From the IMG/VR virus record IMGVR_UViG_3300045988_077100, positions 2,602-66,601 of that record: 64,000 nt of DNA, one strand, 5' to 3'. The position numbers were made by a program, and so were the translations under genes. Under the pieces are notes generated by a model. The model searched no databases. It was not told where the DNA came from and saw nothing but the letters and a program-made list of their open reading frames with translations. This stretch comes from a virus. Positions 32,591 to 42,292 of this stretch are shown here, piece after piece (position 1 is the first letter of the stretch; each line of letters starts with the position of its first letter).

Positions 32591-32959
32591 ATGGCTCAAC
32601 GGAAGAAACGATACCGGCTGTACGCCATGGGGCGGACCCGGAAAACGGAAGAGATCGCGTATGACACCCGGTTTTACCGGATCTGCGCAGGGTACATTCT
32701 GCTGTATCTCACCGGACGGAAAAAGCCGGAGGGCGCAGTGGAGGTGGCCGGGGCGGACCTGGACCGTCTGACAGACGGGGACCGCCTGTGGCTGGCAGAC
32801 TGCAACACCATGATCCTGGCAGAAGCGGCGGCCCAAGCGGGCGTAACGCCGGAAGAAGCGGAGAAGCAATGGGTCAGCACTCTGGACCGGCTGGAATGGG
32901 AATTGCAGAAGGAGCGGGAACGCATGAAGGGAGGCGGGGAGCATGGACCTGCAAACTGA
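32591..32959 (+). CDS. Hypothetical protein (122 aa)
   Basis: ORF track trimmed to the ATG after GGAGG. Confidence 0.5.
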   Translation: MAQRKKRYRLYAMGRTRKTEEIAYDTRFYRICAGYILLYLTGRKKPEGAVEVAGADLDRLTDGDRLWLADCNTMILAEAAAQAGVTPEEAEKQWVSTLDRLEWELQKERERMKGGGEHGPAN

Positions 32960-34715
32960 ATTGAGGTCGGTGCAGTTCGCCTCGTACCCGAAGATATTCG
33001 GAAGGCTGCGGGAACTGGCGGCACAGTACGGCGACCTGCCCATGGACGCCGTAAGCAGCGCGTTTATGCGGGCGGCCAGCAACACCTACACCCGGAATAA
33101 CCCCTACATTCAGAACCGCCGGGTAAAGGCCATTTCCTCGCTGCCGGTGAATTACAGCAAGGACAAGGTGGCGGAGATGCTCACCGCACCGGACGGCAAC
33201 GAACAGGGCCTGCGGCAGGTGGCCCACGCGCTGGAATGGACGGCGTATCCCCTGTTTCACACCCGGAAGGTGTACACGGAAATGCTGACCTACCACAGCT
33301 ACATTGCCCCGGAGTACGCCACAGAGGAAGAAGCGAAGCGGGAGGACTTCCTGCGGGAATGGCAGCTTTTGGACAAGCTGCGGAAAACGCTGGACCCCAA
33401 GGCCACGGCCCATGAGATCGCGGGGCAGGTATTGCAGGAGGGGAAGGTTTTCTACTATCCCCGGGTCAGCGTGGACAAGCCCCACAACAAGGTAAACCAC
33501 GCTTTTTTACAGCAGCTCCCCAGCGACTGGGTAAAGATCGTGGGGTTCAACAACGTGTCGAAATACACGGTGGCGATGAACCTGATGTACTTTATGCAGC
33601 CGGGGACGGACCCCTTGCAGTTCGGAGACCTGCTGCTGCCCTATCTGGATGACTTCTACGCATCGGCGGAGCGGGCACCGGAGGGCACGGGGAAGCGGGT
33701 GATCTTCGCGGCGCGGGACCGGGTGGACCTGAACGTGCTGGAACAGCGGAGGAAGCAGACCGGCGGCCGCTTGGCGGGAGACCCGGAGGTATACTCCCAG
33801 AACGGGCGGTGGTTCTACTGGGTGACGCTGCCGGTGGACAAGATTTTCACCTTTGAGGCAGACGATGTATCCCGGAACGCCATTTCCCCGCTGGCGGGGC
33901 TGTATCTCTCTCTGGTGCAGATGGCGCAGTACGAGCAAATCCAACTGGAACTGGTGCAGAACCCCCTGATCGCCCTGTTTACCGGCGAGATCCCCTACAA
34001 GGATAAGTCCGAAATTACAAGCACAGAGGACGATTACCGGCTTTCCGACGCGGGACGGCGGCTGTTTGAGTACCTGTGGTATCAGATGCTGACAGAGAGC
34101 AACACCAGCGGGATCGGCTGGTTCACGGCCCCTGTGGAAAACATCAAAATGCACCAGTTGGCAGAAGCACCCAGCGCCACCAAGATTTCCGCAGCCGGGT
34201 ACAGCTACGCCATGAACAAGGCAGGGCTGTCCGCCATCGTCCCCACCACGGAGGACCCCAAGGCGGGCATCGCACAAATCTCCCTGCAGATCGAGGGAAA
34301 GTTTGCGGAGTGCGTATACCGGGGCTACGAACGGATGATGGCCGCCATTATGGACAAGCTGAATCTGAAATATTCGTGGCGGTTTGAGCTATTCGGAGAA
34401 ATCGCAACGGATGATGATTTGCGTGAAAGCCTGCGAAAAGATATGACCCTTGGGATTCTATCCGCCTCTGCGAAATACATGGCGTTATACGATATGTCAC
34501 TATTGGATGATTTGTCATTGAGCAATGCAATCATTGCATCTGGCATTATGGAGAAAAGAATTCCGCTTGCGTCTACCTATACCGGCGGTGGAGATGCAAA
34601 TAAATCCCAAGGGGGAGAGGCAAAAAGAATTATGAACCCCGGGGGGAGGCCAACATCTGGCGGCAAAGTAACAAGCGAGGGACAAGAGGCCGACTTAGAT
34701 ACTTACGGGGAATGA
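32943..34715 (+). CDS. Portal protein (590 aa)
   Basis: Size and position after terminase; called on gene-order logic. Confidence 0.65.
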   Translation: MDLQTELRSVQFASYPKIFGRLRELAAQYGDLPMDAVSSAFMRAASNTYTRNNPYIQNRRVKAISSLPVNYSKDKVAEMLTAPDGNEQGLRQVAHALEWTAYPLFHTRKVYTEMLTYHSYIAPEYATEEEAKREDFLREWQLLDKLRKTLDPKATAHEIAGQVLQEGKVFYYPRVSVDKPHNKVNHAFLQQLPSDWVKIVGFNNVSKYTVAMNLMYFMQPGTDPLQFGDLLLPYLDDFYASAERAPEGTGKRVIFAARDRVDLNVLEQRRKQTGGRLAGDPEVYSQNGRWFYWVTLPVDKIFTFEADDVSRNAISPLAGLYLSLVQMAQYEQIQLELVQNPLIALFTGEIPYKDKSEITSTEDDYRLSDAGRRLFEYLWYQMLTESNTSGIGWFTAPVENIKMHQLAEAPSATKISAAGYSYAMNKAGLSAIVPTTEDPKAGIAQISLQIEGKFAECVYRGYERMMAAIMDKLNLKYSWRFELFGEIATDDDLRESLRKDMTLGILSASAKYMALYDMSLLDDLSLSNAIIASGIMEKRIPLASTYTGGGDANKSQGGEAKRIMNPGGRPTSGGKVTSEGQEADLDTYGE

Positions 34716-34810
34716 CATGGTTGTCAGCATGGGGATAGGGTAGCTCCCGAAAAGCGGTTGCCTTGCCGCCTTCCCCAGCTTACAAAAAGGCAAATTACGA
34801 AAGGCGGTAA

Positions 34811-35461
34811 TTGAATGTGAGCACTGTCATGGATTTGACCGGCAAACATTTTGGAAAACTAACTGTTATTTGCCGAGGCCCGGATCGTATAAATAAAAGC
34901 GGGAAAAGTGTTCGATGGAAATGTATCTGCGAATGCGGGGTAGAAACACTCGTTGATGGGCGTCACCTAAAAAATGGGCACACAAAATCGTGCGGATGCG
35001 AAAAGCAAATATCTGCGCAAAAAATGGGAAAACAGCAAGCAACGCACAATCGATATCCCACAAGGTTATATCACATTTGGAACGGGTTAAAAATGCGTTG
35101 CCAAAACAAAAACAATGACAGATTTTCCGCTTATGGAGGAAGAGGCATTACCGTCTGTGCAGAATGGGCCGGTAGTTTTGAAACGTTTCGAGATTGGGCA
35201 CTTGCCAACGGCTACCGGGACGATTTAAGCATAGACCGAATTAACGTAAATGGGGACTATTGCCCTGAAAATTGCCGATGGGCCACGATTGTGGAGCAAA
35301 ACAACAATAAAAGGAACAACCGTTTTATCACATTATGCGGAAGCACAAAAACGGTTGCCGAATGGTCAAGAGTAGTAGGAATTGCAAGCGGAACAATCAT
35401 TGCGAGATTGCGAAAAGGGTGGGGAGAATACGAAGCCGTTTTCACACCTTTATTGCATTGA
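34811..35461 (+). CDS. HNH/AP2-type homing-endonuclease-like DNA-binding protein (start uncertain)
   Basis: ..TRLYHIWNGLKMRCQNKNNDRFSAYGGRGITVCAEW..LSIDRINVNGDYCPENCRWAT..EQ.. recurs in free-standing phage endonuclease-like genes. Visibly more AT-rich than its neighbours. Confidence 0.6.
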   Translation: MNVSTVMDLTGKHFGKLTVICRGPDRINKSGKSVRWKCICECGVETLVDGRHLKNGHTKSCGCEKQISAQKMGKQQATHNRYPTRLYHIWNGLKMRCQNKNNDRFSAYGGRGITVCAEWAGSFETFRDWALANGYRDDLSIDRINVNGDYCPENCRWATIVEQNNNKRNNRFITLCGSTKTVAEWSRVVGIASGTIIARLRKGWGEYEAVFTPLLH

Positions 35462-35501
35462 CACCTACGGCGGATAGCCGAAGAAAAAGTGAACAGAGCA
35501 C

Positions 35502-35576
35502 CCCGCTCTAAGCGGTGAGCGGGAGGAGCAAAGCGTTGCTGACGCCGGAATGACCGGCGTGGGCAGCGCTTTTTTT
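35502..35576 (+). terminator. Two-hairpin element, copy 2 of 3
   Basis: CCCGCTC-TAAGCGGT-GAGCGGG, AGGAGCAA, then the same 17-bp terminator hairpin as copy 1 and T6. Confidence 0.7.
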
Positions 35577-35598
35577 CAACATGAGAGGAGGAAACCAC

Positions 35599-36132
35599 AT
35601 GGCAAAGCTGCGGGACATTTACCACTACGAAAATCCACGCTTTTCCCCGCTGCGGGACGCGGCGAGGCGGGCCACGGCGGCATACCAGAACGCCGCACGG
35701 GGGCTGGACACGCTGAAGGAGTGGGTTCTGGTGGAGTTTGGACTGGTACACACGGCGGACGCCATTCACCGTCTGGCCCACGAACAGCCCAAGCGGTTTG
35801 ACGAGATCGGGGACATCCTTCACCAGCGGCACCTGATGCAGGAATACCCGGAGACCCCGGAATACCGGGAGCGGCCGGAGGACATGGACGGCGTTTTCGG
35901 AGAGGTGATCCGGCTGTTGGAGGACATTGAGGACGCCTTGCGGGACTGCGTGGGTGCCAGCGAAAAAGTGGGGCTGTATCCGCTGGCAAGGGAATTTGAA
36001 AACCTTCAGATGGAGAACAGCAAAAGCTACGAGACCATGCTCTACGCATGGCAGATGTATGACAAGACCGACGGCAGCGCCACCAGCTATGACAACTGGG
36101 TGGAAAAGCTGTTTGACGGAGAGGAGGCGTGA
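35599..36132 (+). CDS. Hypothetical head-module protein (177 aa)
   Basis: ORF 35581..36132 trimmed to MAKLRDIY.. after GAGGAGG. Confidence 0.55.
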   Translation: MAKLRDIYHYENPRFSPLRDAARRATAAYQNAARGLDTLKEWVLVEFGLVHTADAIHRLAHEQPKRFDEIGDILHQRHLMQEYPETPEYRERPEDMDGVFGEVIRLLEDIEDALRDCVGASEKVGLYPLAREFENLQMENSKSYETMLYAWQMYDKTDGSATSYDNWVEKLFDGEEA

Positions 36133-36134
36133 CC

Positions 36135-37496
36135 ATGCCGTTTCGGACGAGAGGGACCCCGCCGGAGCACGTAAAAATGTCCGGCGAGCTGCGGGTCATG
36201 CAGCGGCTCAGTGAATACGAGTTCGGCGTGGAGCTGTGGGTCATGCGCTCCGGGCTGAATGAGAATCATTGGGATTTCCGCAATATGCGGGAGCACTACC
36301 TGACGTTTGTGGGCCAGCCCATCCTGTGTGCCTATGTGGGCCGCAAGGTGGGGGACGGACACAACATGAGAGAAGTGCGGGACCCCTACACCGGCGAGAA
36401 GGGCTACACGTTCATGGACGGAACGGCGGAGCGCATCGTAGGGACCCTATCCGACGATCCCAAGGACTTTTCCATTGTGGAAGAGGCCGGGAACGAGTGG
36501 ATCAGGGCAAAGGGCCGGTTATTCCAGTTTTACGCACCGGAATTGGTGGAAAAAATCGTGCGGACAGGGCGCATGGATGTTTCCGCTGAGACCGATACGA
36601 AAAAATCCCACATGGACGGCGATATCGAGATCATTACAGATTGGGCAGGTCTCGGCGTAACCGTGCTGGGAGACGATGTGCCGCCGGCAATTCCGGGGGC
36701 GCGGATCAAGGCGCTGAGTGCCATGCAGGAAGAGTTTAAGACATTAAAACTGCGGGCGGCGTCTCTGGACCCCGGAAAGGGAAGCAACGAAACGAACAAG
36801 AGAAAAGGAGTGAACATCATGAGCAAGAAGGCAATGGAGGCCATGTCCGAAAAGTTCAAGGGCTACCGCGTGGTCGCTCTGAGCGAGGACGGGATGCACG
36901 TTGGCCTCGTGGACTCTGCCGGCAGCGCTTATACCTACGCCTTTAATGCGGAGGATAACGGCGCCGTGGTGGAGAGCCGCATCAAGCCCGCTTACCTTAC
37001 GGCAGCCTTCCCCTTTGGCGAGGGCGTGAACGCCATGGCAGAGGTGAGCGACATCGTGGACTATGCCTGCGCCGCAAAGGGGCAGCAGGCGGAGGACGTG
37101 AAGGCACTGCAGACACGTCTGGACGAGGCGGAGGAAAAGATCCGCACCATGGAAGCCGCCGAGCATGAGCGCCGGGTGGAGGCCGTGAAGAAAGCCGTGA
37201 ACAGCGCCTTGGAGGACATCCGGGCCTGCGCTGTGGAAGGCGACGCCGACATGACCGAGACTGCAAAGGGTCTGTGTGACCGGGCAGAGGAGTTCGCAGC
37301 CATGGAGACCGACGGAAAGTTCTGCGGCGCGGACCGCGCCGTGCTGGACCTGATGGCCGCACACGGCAAGGCACAGACCGAGAAGCGCAAGAAGGAAATG
37401 GCCGCCAAGCAGCATTCCTTCGCATGGAACAACCCCAAGACCAACAGCGGTGAGGGCGGCGGCATTGAAGAAATGCTTGCCCGCATGAACGGCTGA
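36135..37496 (+). CDS. Putative prohead protease / scaffolding protein (453 aa)
   Basis: Position between portal and capsid. The C-terminal half is coiled-coil (Ala/Glu/Lys-rich), as in scaffolds. Confidence 0.5.
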   Translation: MPFRTRGTPPEHVKMSGELRVMQRLSEYEFGVELWVMRSGLNENHWDFRNMREHYLTFVGQPILCAYVGRKVGDGHNMREVRDPYTGEKGYTFMDGTAERIVGTLSDDPKDFSIVEEAGNEWIRAKGRLFQFYAPELVEKIVRTGRMDVSAETDTKKSHMDGDIEIITDWAGLGVTVLGDDVPPAIPGARIKALSAMQEEFKTLKLRAASLDPGKGSNETNKRKGVNIMSKKAMEAMSEKFKGYRVVALSEDGMHVGLVDSAGSAYTYAFNAEDNGAVVESRIKPAYLTAAFPFGEGVNAMAEVSDIVDYACAAKGQQAEDVKALQTRLDEAEEKIRTMEAAEHERRVEAVKKAVNSALEDIRACAVEGDADMTETAKGLCDRAEEFAAMETDGKFCGADRAVLDLMAAHGKAQTEKRKKEMAAKQHSFAWNNPKTNSGEGGGIEEMLARMNG

Positions 37497-37520
37497 GATA
37501 CGAGAGGAGAGTGAATCACA

Positions 37521-38153
37521 ATGGCATACATTGAAAAGACTGCGTTTTGGCCCCGTGTGACCAACCGCGTATTCGACGAGACCCTGAACATCACCGGCAA
37601 GTTCCAGAACGGCGATAAGGCAGACGAAACCTGCTCCGCCGGTTTCCTGTGCGTAAAGGATGAGCTGATGGACTGCGAGGGCTATGTGGGCGTTGGCCCC
37701 ACCGACTCCACCGTGACCATCAAGAACAGCAACAGCTGGAACATGAAGGCCACCGGAGCCGCCGTGAAGAGCGAGGGTGACGGCATTTTCGCCTGCAACC
37801 CCTATGACGTGAACATGGTTCAGGACCCTGCGACCGGCAACCTCTACAAGGTCGGCGCCAACACGCTGGGTCTGCCCGCTCCCAAGGGCTATCCCGTCAC
37901 CTTCACCAAGATCGTGTTTGACGGGAACAAGATTTACCGGTTCGGCATCGGTAACGTGTCCACCGCTCTGGGGGCCAACAAGTTCCTGACCATTGCCAAC
38001 GGTCTGCTGGTGCCCGCCAGCGCTGCTCCCACCGACGTGGGGACTCCGTACTTCAAGGTTCTGCCCACCGGCGGCACCTTCACCGAGGGCGCACAGAGCG
38101 CATTTGAGTTCGTGGACGTGCTGGCCTGCAAGGTTGACGCGGCAGCGGGCTGA
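37521..38153 (+). CDS. Putative head decoration or minor capsid protein (210 aa)
   Basis: Strong SD GAGAGGAGAG identical to that of the next gene. Position immediately before the capsid gene. Confidence 0.45.
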   Translation: MAYIEKTAFWPRVTNRVFDETLNITGKFQNGDKADETCSAGFLCVKDELMDCEGYVGVGPTDSTVTIKNSNSWNMKATGAAVKSEGDGIFACNPYDVNMVQDPATGNLYKVGANTLGLPAPKGYPVTFTKIVFDGNKIYRFGIGNVSTALGANKFLTIANGLLVPASAAPTDVGTPYFKVLPTGGTFTEGAQSAFEFVDVLACKVDAAAG

Positions 38154-38176
38154 GAAACGAGAGGAGAGTGACAACA

Positions 38177-39421
38177 ATGGCAATCAAATTGAACAGCATC
38201 AATCCCGCTGTGTATGACAGCGCTGCCAAGGAGTTCAGCAACGCGGAACGTGAGCGGGCCGACATCGTGACCTGCGGCCGTCTGCTGATGCGTGAGCGTC
38301 TGGGCCGGGATGAGCGCGCCCTGCGGGTCATGACCAAGCAGCCCGACGATTTCACCGCCATGCTGGCGGACGGCGAGGGGCAGAACAGCTACAGCATGAC
38401 CAACCGCAACCTTCAGAAGAACCTGCTGCTTTTCTGCGCCAAGCGGGTGTGCGCCCTGAGCGGGGAAATCCCCCCCGCTGATCTGGACGAGTTCCGCCGC
38501 AATCAGCGCAAGTTTATGAGCGACGGCCTGTACCTCAAGACTCTGGCCGGCATCGTCACCGAGATCGTGACCCCCATGCTGCCCACCGTCATGAGTTCCG
38601 GGCTGGGCTGGCTGGCTGAGATGACCACCGTGCCCATCGGCCAGACCAAGGAACTGGACATCATGTCCAACGACATCTTCCTCTTTGAGGATGACAGCTG
38701 GGGTTCCTCCCGCTCCAAGCCCGCCAACACCCTCTACAACAAGAGCGTGACCCTGAACCCCCGTCTGCGCACCGCACGGGTGAGCGTGAAGTGGTATCAG
38801 CTGGTGGGCAACGATGCCGACATGGGGCGGTTCTTCAACGCTCTGGCCGCCGGTATGTACTCCAAGATCACGGCGCTGTGGATCAGCACCCTGACCAAGA
38901 TGACCGCCAACACCGCCTATGTGCCCGCCAACATGACCTTCACCAACACCTCCGCCAACTGGGTCACTGCCGGTGAGCGGGTGAGCGTTGTGAACGGGAC
39001 CCGCTACCGAAATGTGATGGCCATTGGCCGCCCATCCGCGCTGACCAAGGCCCTGCCCAGCGGCGTGGTGAACGCCTCCACCGTGAATCTGGATGCGGCC
39101 CTGTCTACCCTGCTGGGGCTGGACTGGACGCGCTATGGGTTCCTTGGCGAGTACATGGGCATGAACCTGATGCCCATTGACACGGCCATTGTCCCCGGCA
39201 CCCAGAACACCACCGTGACCGACATCGTACCCGCCGACAAGATTTGGCTGACCGCCGTGGGTGGCTACAAGCCCGTCTACATCGGCATGGAGGAGGGCAC
39301 TCCCATTCAGCTGGAGCTGACCCCCGACCAGACCGCAGACATGAGCATCGACGTAGTGGTTTCTATGTCCATCGACTGTGTGCCGGTCCCCGCCAATAAA
39401 ATGGCCGTCATTAACGCGTAA
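38177..39421 (+). CDS. Putative major capsid protein (414 aa)
   Basis: Size, strong SD, position after the protease/scaffold gene. Confidence 0.6.
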   Translation: MAIKLNSINPAVYDSAAKEFSNAERERADIVTCGRLLMRERLGRDERALRVMTKQPDDFTAMLADGEGQNSYSMTNRNLQKNLLLFCAKRVCALSGEIPPADLDEFRRNQRKFMSDGLYLKTLAGIVTEIVTPMLPTVMSSGLGWLAEMTTVPIGQTKELDIMSNDIFLFEDDSWGSSRSKPANTLYNKSVTLNPRLRTARVSVKWYQLVGNDADMGRFFNALAAGMYSKITALWISTLTKMTANTAYVPANMTFTNTSANWVTAGERVSVVNGTRYRNVMAIGRPSALTKALPSGVVNASTVNLDAALSTLLGLDWTRYGFLGEYMGMNLMPIDTAIVPGTQNTTVTDIVPADKIWLTAVGGYKPVYIGMEEGTPIQLELTPDQTADMSIDVVVSMSIDCVPVPANKMAVINA

Positions 39422-39535
39422 GACCCAAAGTGGGAGGGAGGAAACCCTCTCTCCCGCAGATATGGCGCGAAGCCTGCATGAGGGCAGAGCACCACGGAAA
39501 ATACAGCATCTTTTATCTGAAAGGAGCGGACAAGG

Positions 39536-40324
39536 ATGGCAAAAGAGAAACGGACGGCCGCAGATGTGGCGGCGGGGATTGAAGCCCAGGAGCTGGAAGC
39601 AGCCGACCAGCCCTTGCGGGAACAGGCAAAGGCTGCGCCCGTGGCAGAGCAGAAAGCGCCTGCGGCGGAGAAGGAACCCGAAAAGCTCTATACAGCCGAT
39701 GAGGTAGCGGAGATCGCCAAACAGGCGGCGGCGGAGGCCGTTGCAAAGGCCATGGCGGAGGTCAAACCCCAAGTGGTGCAGGTGATGGCAGACACTGAAA
39801 AGGTGACGCTCCGCTGGTGCGCCCCGGTGGCGGACGATAATCTGGCTGTATTTGGCCCCAACGGGATGTACGGCACCGTGACCGGGAAGAACGGCACCGT
39901 GATGGTGCCCAAGAGCGAGTGGAGCCGATTCTATGATGAGACGGCAAGACGGCTCATTGAGCGGCGCTGGCTGGTGGTGCTCTCCGGGATGACCGATGCG
40001 GAACGGGCGGTGTATCACTGCGCGTACCGCAAGGGCGAGGTACTGGACGAGACGGCCTTCCGCTGCGCCGTGACCATGGGGGACAAGCTGCTGGACATCT
40101 TCGACGATCTCTGCACGGAGCATCAGGAGATGGTGGCCAAGGCTTACTATGACGCATGGGAGCGAGGCGAGGTCAGCGCTGACAGCCGGGAGCTGCTGAA
40201 GAAGCTGAATGCGAAGAACAAGGCCCGGTATGCCGAAGAACCCAAGGAGGACCCCCGGCGGAAGGGAATGTTCCGCCCGGTGCTGGACGCGCTGAACAGC
40301 GCGGAGGCAGCGGAAGAGGACTAA
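39536..40324 (+). CDS. Hypothetical protein (262 aa)
   Basis: ORF track; AAAGGAG SD. Ala/Glu-rich N-terminus. Confidence 0.55.
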   Translation: MAKEKRTAADVAAGIEAQELEAADQPLREQAKAAPVAEQKAPAAEKEPEKLYTADEVAEIAKQAAAEAVAKAMAEVKPQVVQVMADTEKVTLRWCAPVADDNLAVFGPNGMYGTVTGKNGTVMVPKSEWSRFYDETARRLIERRWLVVLSGMTDAERAVYHCAYRKGEVLDETAFRCAVTMGDKLLDIFDDLCTEHQEMVAKAYYDAWERGEVSADSRELLKKLNAKNKARYAEEPKEDPRRKGMFRPVLDALNSAEAAEED

Positions 40325-40345
40325 AGGCAAAAGGAGGAATTAGAC

Positions 40346-40612
40346 ATGGATATTTCCGGATTTGGCATTGCCAGCGTGGCGGTAATCACGGTGATCTGCT
40401 ACCTAATCGGCATGGCTGTGAAGGCCACCGCCATTGAGAACAAGTGGATTCCCATTATTGTGGGCGTATCCGGCGGCGTTCTGGGCGTGGTGGGGATGCT
40501 GATTATGGCAGACTTCCCCGCAACGGACTATCTCACCGCCGTGGCAGTGGGCATTGTAAGCGGTCTGGCCAGCACCGGCGTGAATCAGATCGCGAAACAG
40601 ATGAGTAATTAA
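40346..40612 (+). CDS. Holin-like membrane protein (88 aa)
   Basis: Three hydrophobic segments (VAVITVICYLIGMAV, IPIIVGVSGGVLGVVGMLI, AVAVGIVSGLA). Resembles LL-H/Hol44-type holins from memory. Confidence 0.6.
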   Translation: MDISGFGIASVAVITVICYLIGMAVKATAIENKWIPIIVGVSGGVLGVVGMLIMADFPATDYLTAVAVGIVSGLASTGVNQIAKQMSN

Positions 40613-40864
40613 AATTGCGCTCCCCGCAGGGGGACATTCCCGTGTCATGGACGTGGGGCGCATTCTTTTCTGGAAAAGAACCCGCCCCACACCCCGGAAG
40701 AAAAGCACCAGGGCGTTCCGACTTCGCCCTGGACCCCCAACGGCACAAAGGGCGAGGGCTGCGGCCCTCTCCCTTTGGAAACCCTCTCCCATAGGACGGG
40801 GCGAGGACAAGGGGGACATAGATAGGATCAACAACCATTTTTTAATTTGAAAGGAGAACAAATC
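40613..40864 (+). other. 250-nt non-coding, hairpin-dense spacer inside the lysis cassette
   Basis: Consecutive stems: TCCCC/GGGGA; GTGGGGCG..TTCTTTTC-tg-GAAAAGAA..CGCCCCAC; CCAGGGCG/CGCCCTGG; AAAGGGCGAGGGC/GCCCTCTCCCTTT. No SD-preceded ORF. Confidence 0.5.
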
Positions 40865-41203
40865 ATGAAAAAGAAGTTTGCGGACATTATCAACGAGGGC
40901 AAGAAGAACGGCAAGAAGCTCAGTGAGATCAACGCCGAGCTGAAGGCAGCGGGGGCAACCTTCCATCTGGACTACACCATGACGCCGGATGGCCCCCAGA
41001 CCGGCTGGTCTGAACAGGAGATGAAGGAGGGCTTCATGCCTGCGGAGAAGGAGCCGGAGGATGTGAAGCACCTCCATGACTATATGCGGTTTAACCCCGC
41101 CAAGGCCAACACCGAGGAAGAGGTCTGGGTACCCGAGGGCCATTACCGCATCACCTTCGACGAGGACGGCCACCCCACCAAGGCCGTACGGATCAATGGT
41201 TGA
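40865..41203 (+). CDS. Hypothetical protein (112 aa)
   Basis: ATG after AAAGGAG inside ORF 40847..41203. Confidence 0.55.
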   Translation: MKKKFADIINEGKKNGKKLSEINAELKAAGATFHLDYTMTPDGPQTGWSEQEMKEGFMPAEKEPEDVKHLHDYMRFNPAKANTEEEVWVPEGHYRITFDEDGHPTKAVRING

Positions 41204-41891
41204 CACGTTTGACTGCGCCCGTGCGCAGGTCTACCACAACACCGCCAAACTGTCCCCCGCCCAGATCAAGCTGAAAACTGGCTGCACCCACATCATCAAC
41301 GGATACCTATTTAATAGTAGGTATCAGCCGGTGGGCTGGACGGTGATCGACGGAAAGATCATCAGCCGGGACGCGTATCAGGATTGGGGCATTTCCATCG
41401 GTTCTGATGGAAAGCCCCAAATGCTGACGGACCGGGGCGGCAGTTTTCTTTCCGGGGTGCCTCTTTTGAAAAATGGGGCGAAGCTGGAGCGAAGCCTGAC
41501 GCCGGATGTGGCCCGCCCCGCAGCCCGTACGGCTGTGGGCTGGATGCCGGATGGGCGAATCTGCCTGTGGTGCGACAAGGCCAGCCTGACCCGTGAGCAG
41601 TTGCAGAACAAACTGCTGGGTCTGGGCGTGGTGGACGCCCTGATGCTGGACGGCGGCGGGTCTACGCAGGGCATTTTCCCCAAGGGGAAGGTGACCAGCA
41701 GCCGCAAGGTGCCTACCATGCTGCTATTCTGGGAGCGGAGGGCGACCACCGCAAACCCTACCCCGGCCCCAACCAAGCCGGAGGACCCGGCGCTGGCATG
41801 GGGCAAGGCCAAGGGGCTGTTGACGGACAGCAATGCGGGGGAGACAGTGACACGGGCAGAGATGGTTCGTGCATTATACAAAATGAGGTGA
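41196..41891 (+). CDS. Phosphodiester glycosidase (NAGPA-like) family protein, putative cell-wall hydrolase
   Basis: ..ARTAVGWMPDGRICLWC..GVVDALMLDGGGSTQG.. resembles the NAGPA/DUF2233 fold signature. Confidence 0.55.
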   Translation: MVDTFDCARAQVYHNTAKLSPAQIKLKTGCTHIINGYLFNSRYQPVGWTVIDGKIISRDAYQDWGISIGSDGKPQMLTDRGGSFLSGVPLLKNGAKLERSLTPDVARPAARTAVGWMPDGRICLWCDKASLTREQLQNKLLGLGVVDALMLDGGGSTQGIFPKGKVTSSRKVPTMLLFWERRATTANPTPAPTKPEDPALAWGKAKGLLTDSNAGETVTRAEMVRALYKMR

Positions 41892-41896
41892 TGAGC

Positions 41897-42292
41897 ATGG
41901 TTGGGATCAACGGATACTCCAAGGCCAAGGACGGAAACAAGCGTCTTTCCGCCCACTTCAAGGTCAAGGAGTTTGCCTGCAGGGACGGCAGCGACGCCGT
42001 TTTGGTGGCTCCCCGTTTGGTAATGGTGCTGGAATCCATCCGCACTTATTTCGGTTCCGCTGTGGTGATCAACAGTGGCTACCGGACTCCCCAGTACAAC
42101 GCCAAGGTGGGCGGCGTGACGGAAAGCCAGCACTGCTACGGCACGGCAGCTGATATTTCCGTGGAAGGACAGAAGCCGGAACAGGTGGCGGCCTATGCCA
42201 GACAGCTGATGCCTGACTGGGGCGGCGTGGGGGTTTATGACAGCTTTTGTCATATCGACGTGAGAGAGACCAAGGCTGACTGGACCGGCTGA
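41897..42292 (+). CDS. Peptidase M15-type endolysin
   Basis: ..FKVKEFACRDGSD..INSGYRTPQYNAKVGGVTESQHCYGTAADI..FCHIDV: the H..D..H zinc peptidase pattern. Confidence 0.7.
   Translation: MVGINGYSKAKDGNKRLSAHFKVKEFACRDGSDAVLVAPRLVMVLESIRTYFGSAVVINSGYRTPQYNAKVGGVTESQHCYGTAADISVEGQKPEQVAAYARQLMPDWGGVGVYDSFCHIDVRETKADWTG

Noticed and set aside
37934-40330. 798-aa minus-strand ORF spanning the capsid region
   Set aside because: Antisense to three SD-preceded plus-strand structural genes. Composition is His/Gly/Arg-rich and it has no SD. The same applies to 47108..48268, 49591..50694, 50980..52116, 52135..53103, 53822..55657 and the other long antisense ORFs in the track.
40647-40850. 67-aa ORF inside the holin-lysin spacer
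   Set aside because: No SD. The product is extremely Arg/Pro-rich, and the sequence is better explained by consecutive RNA hairpins.
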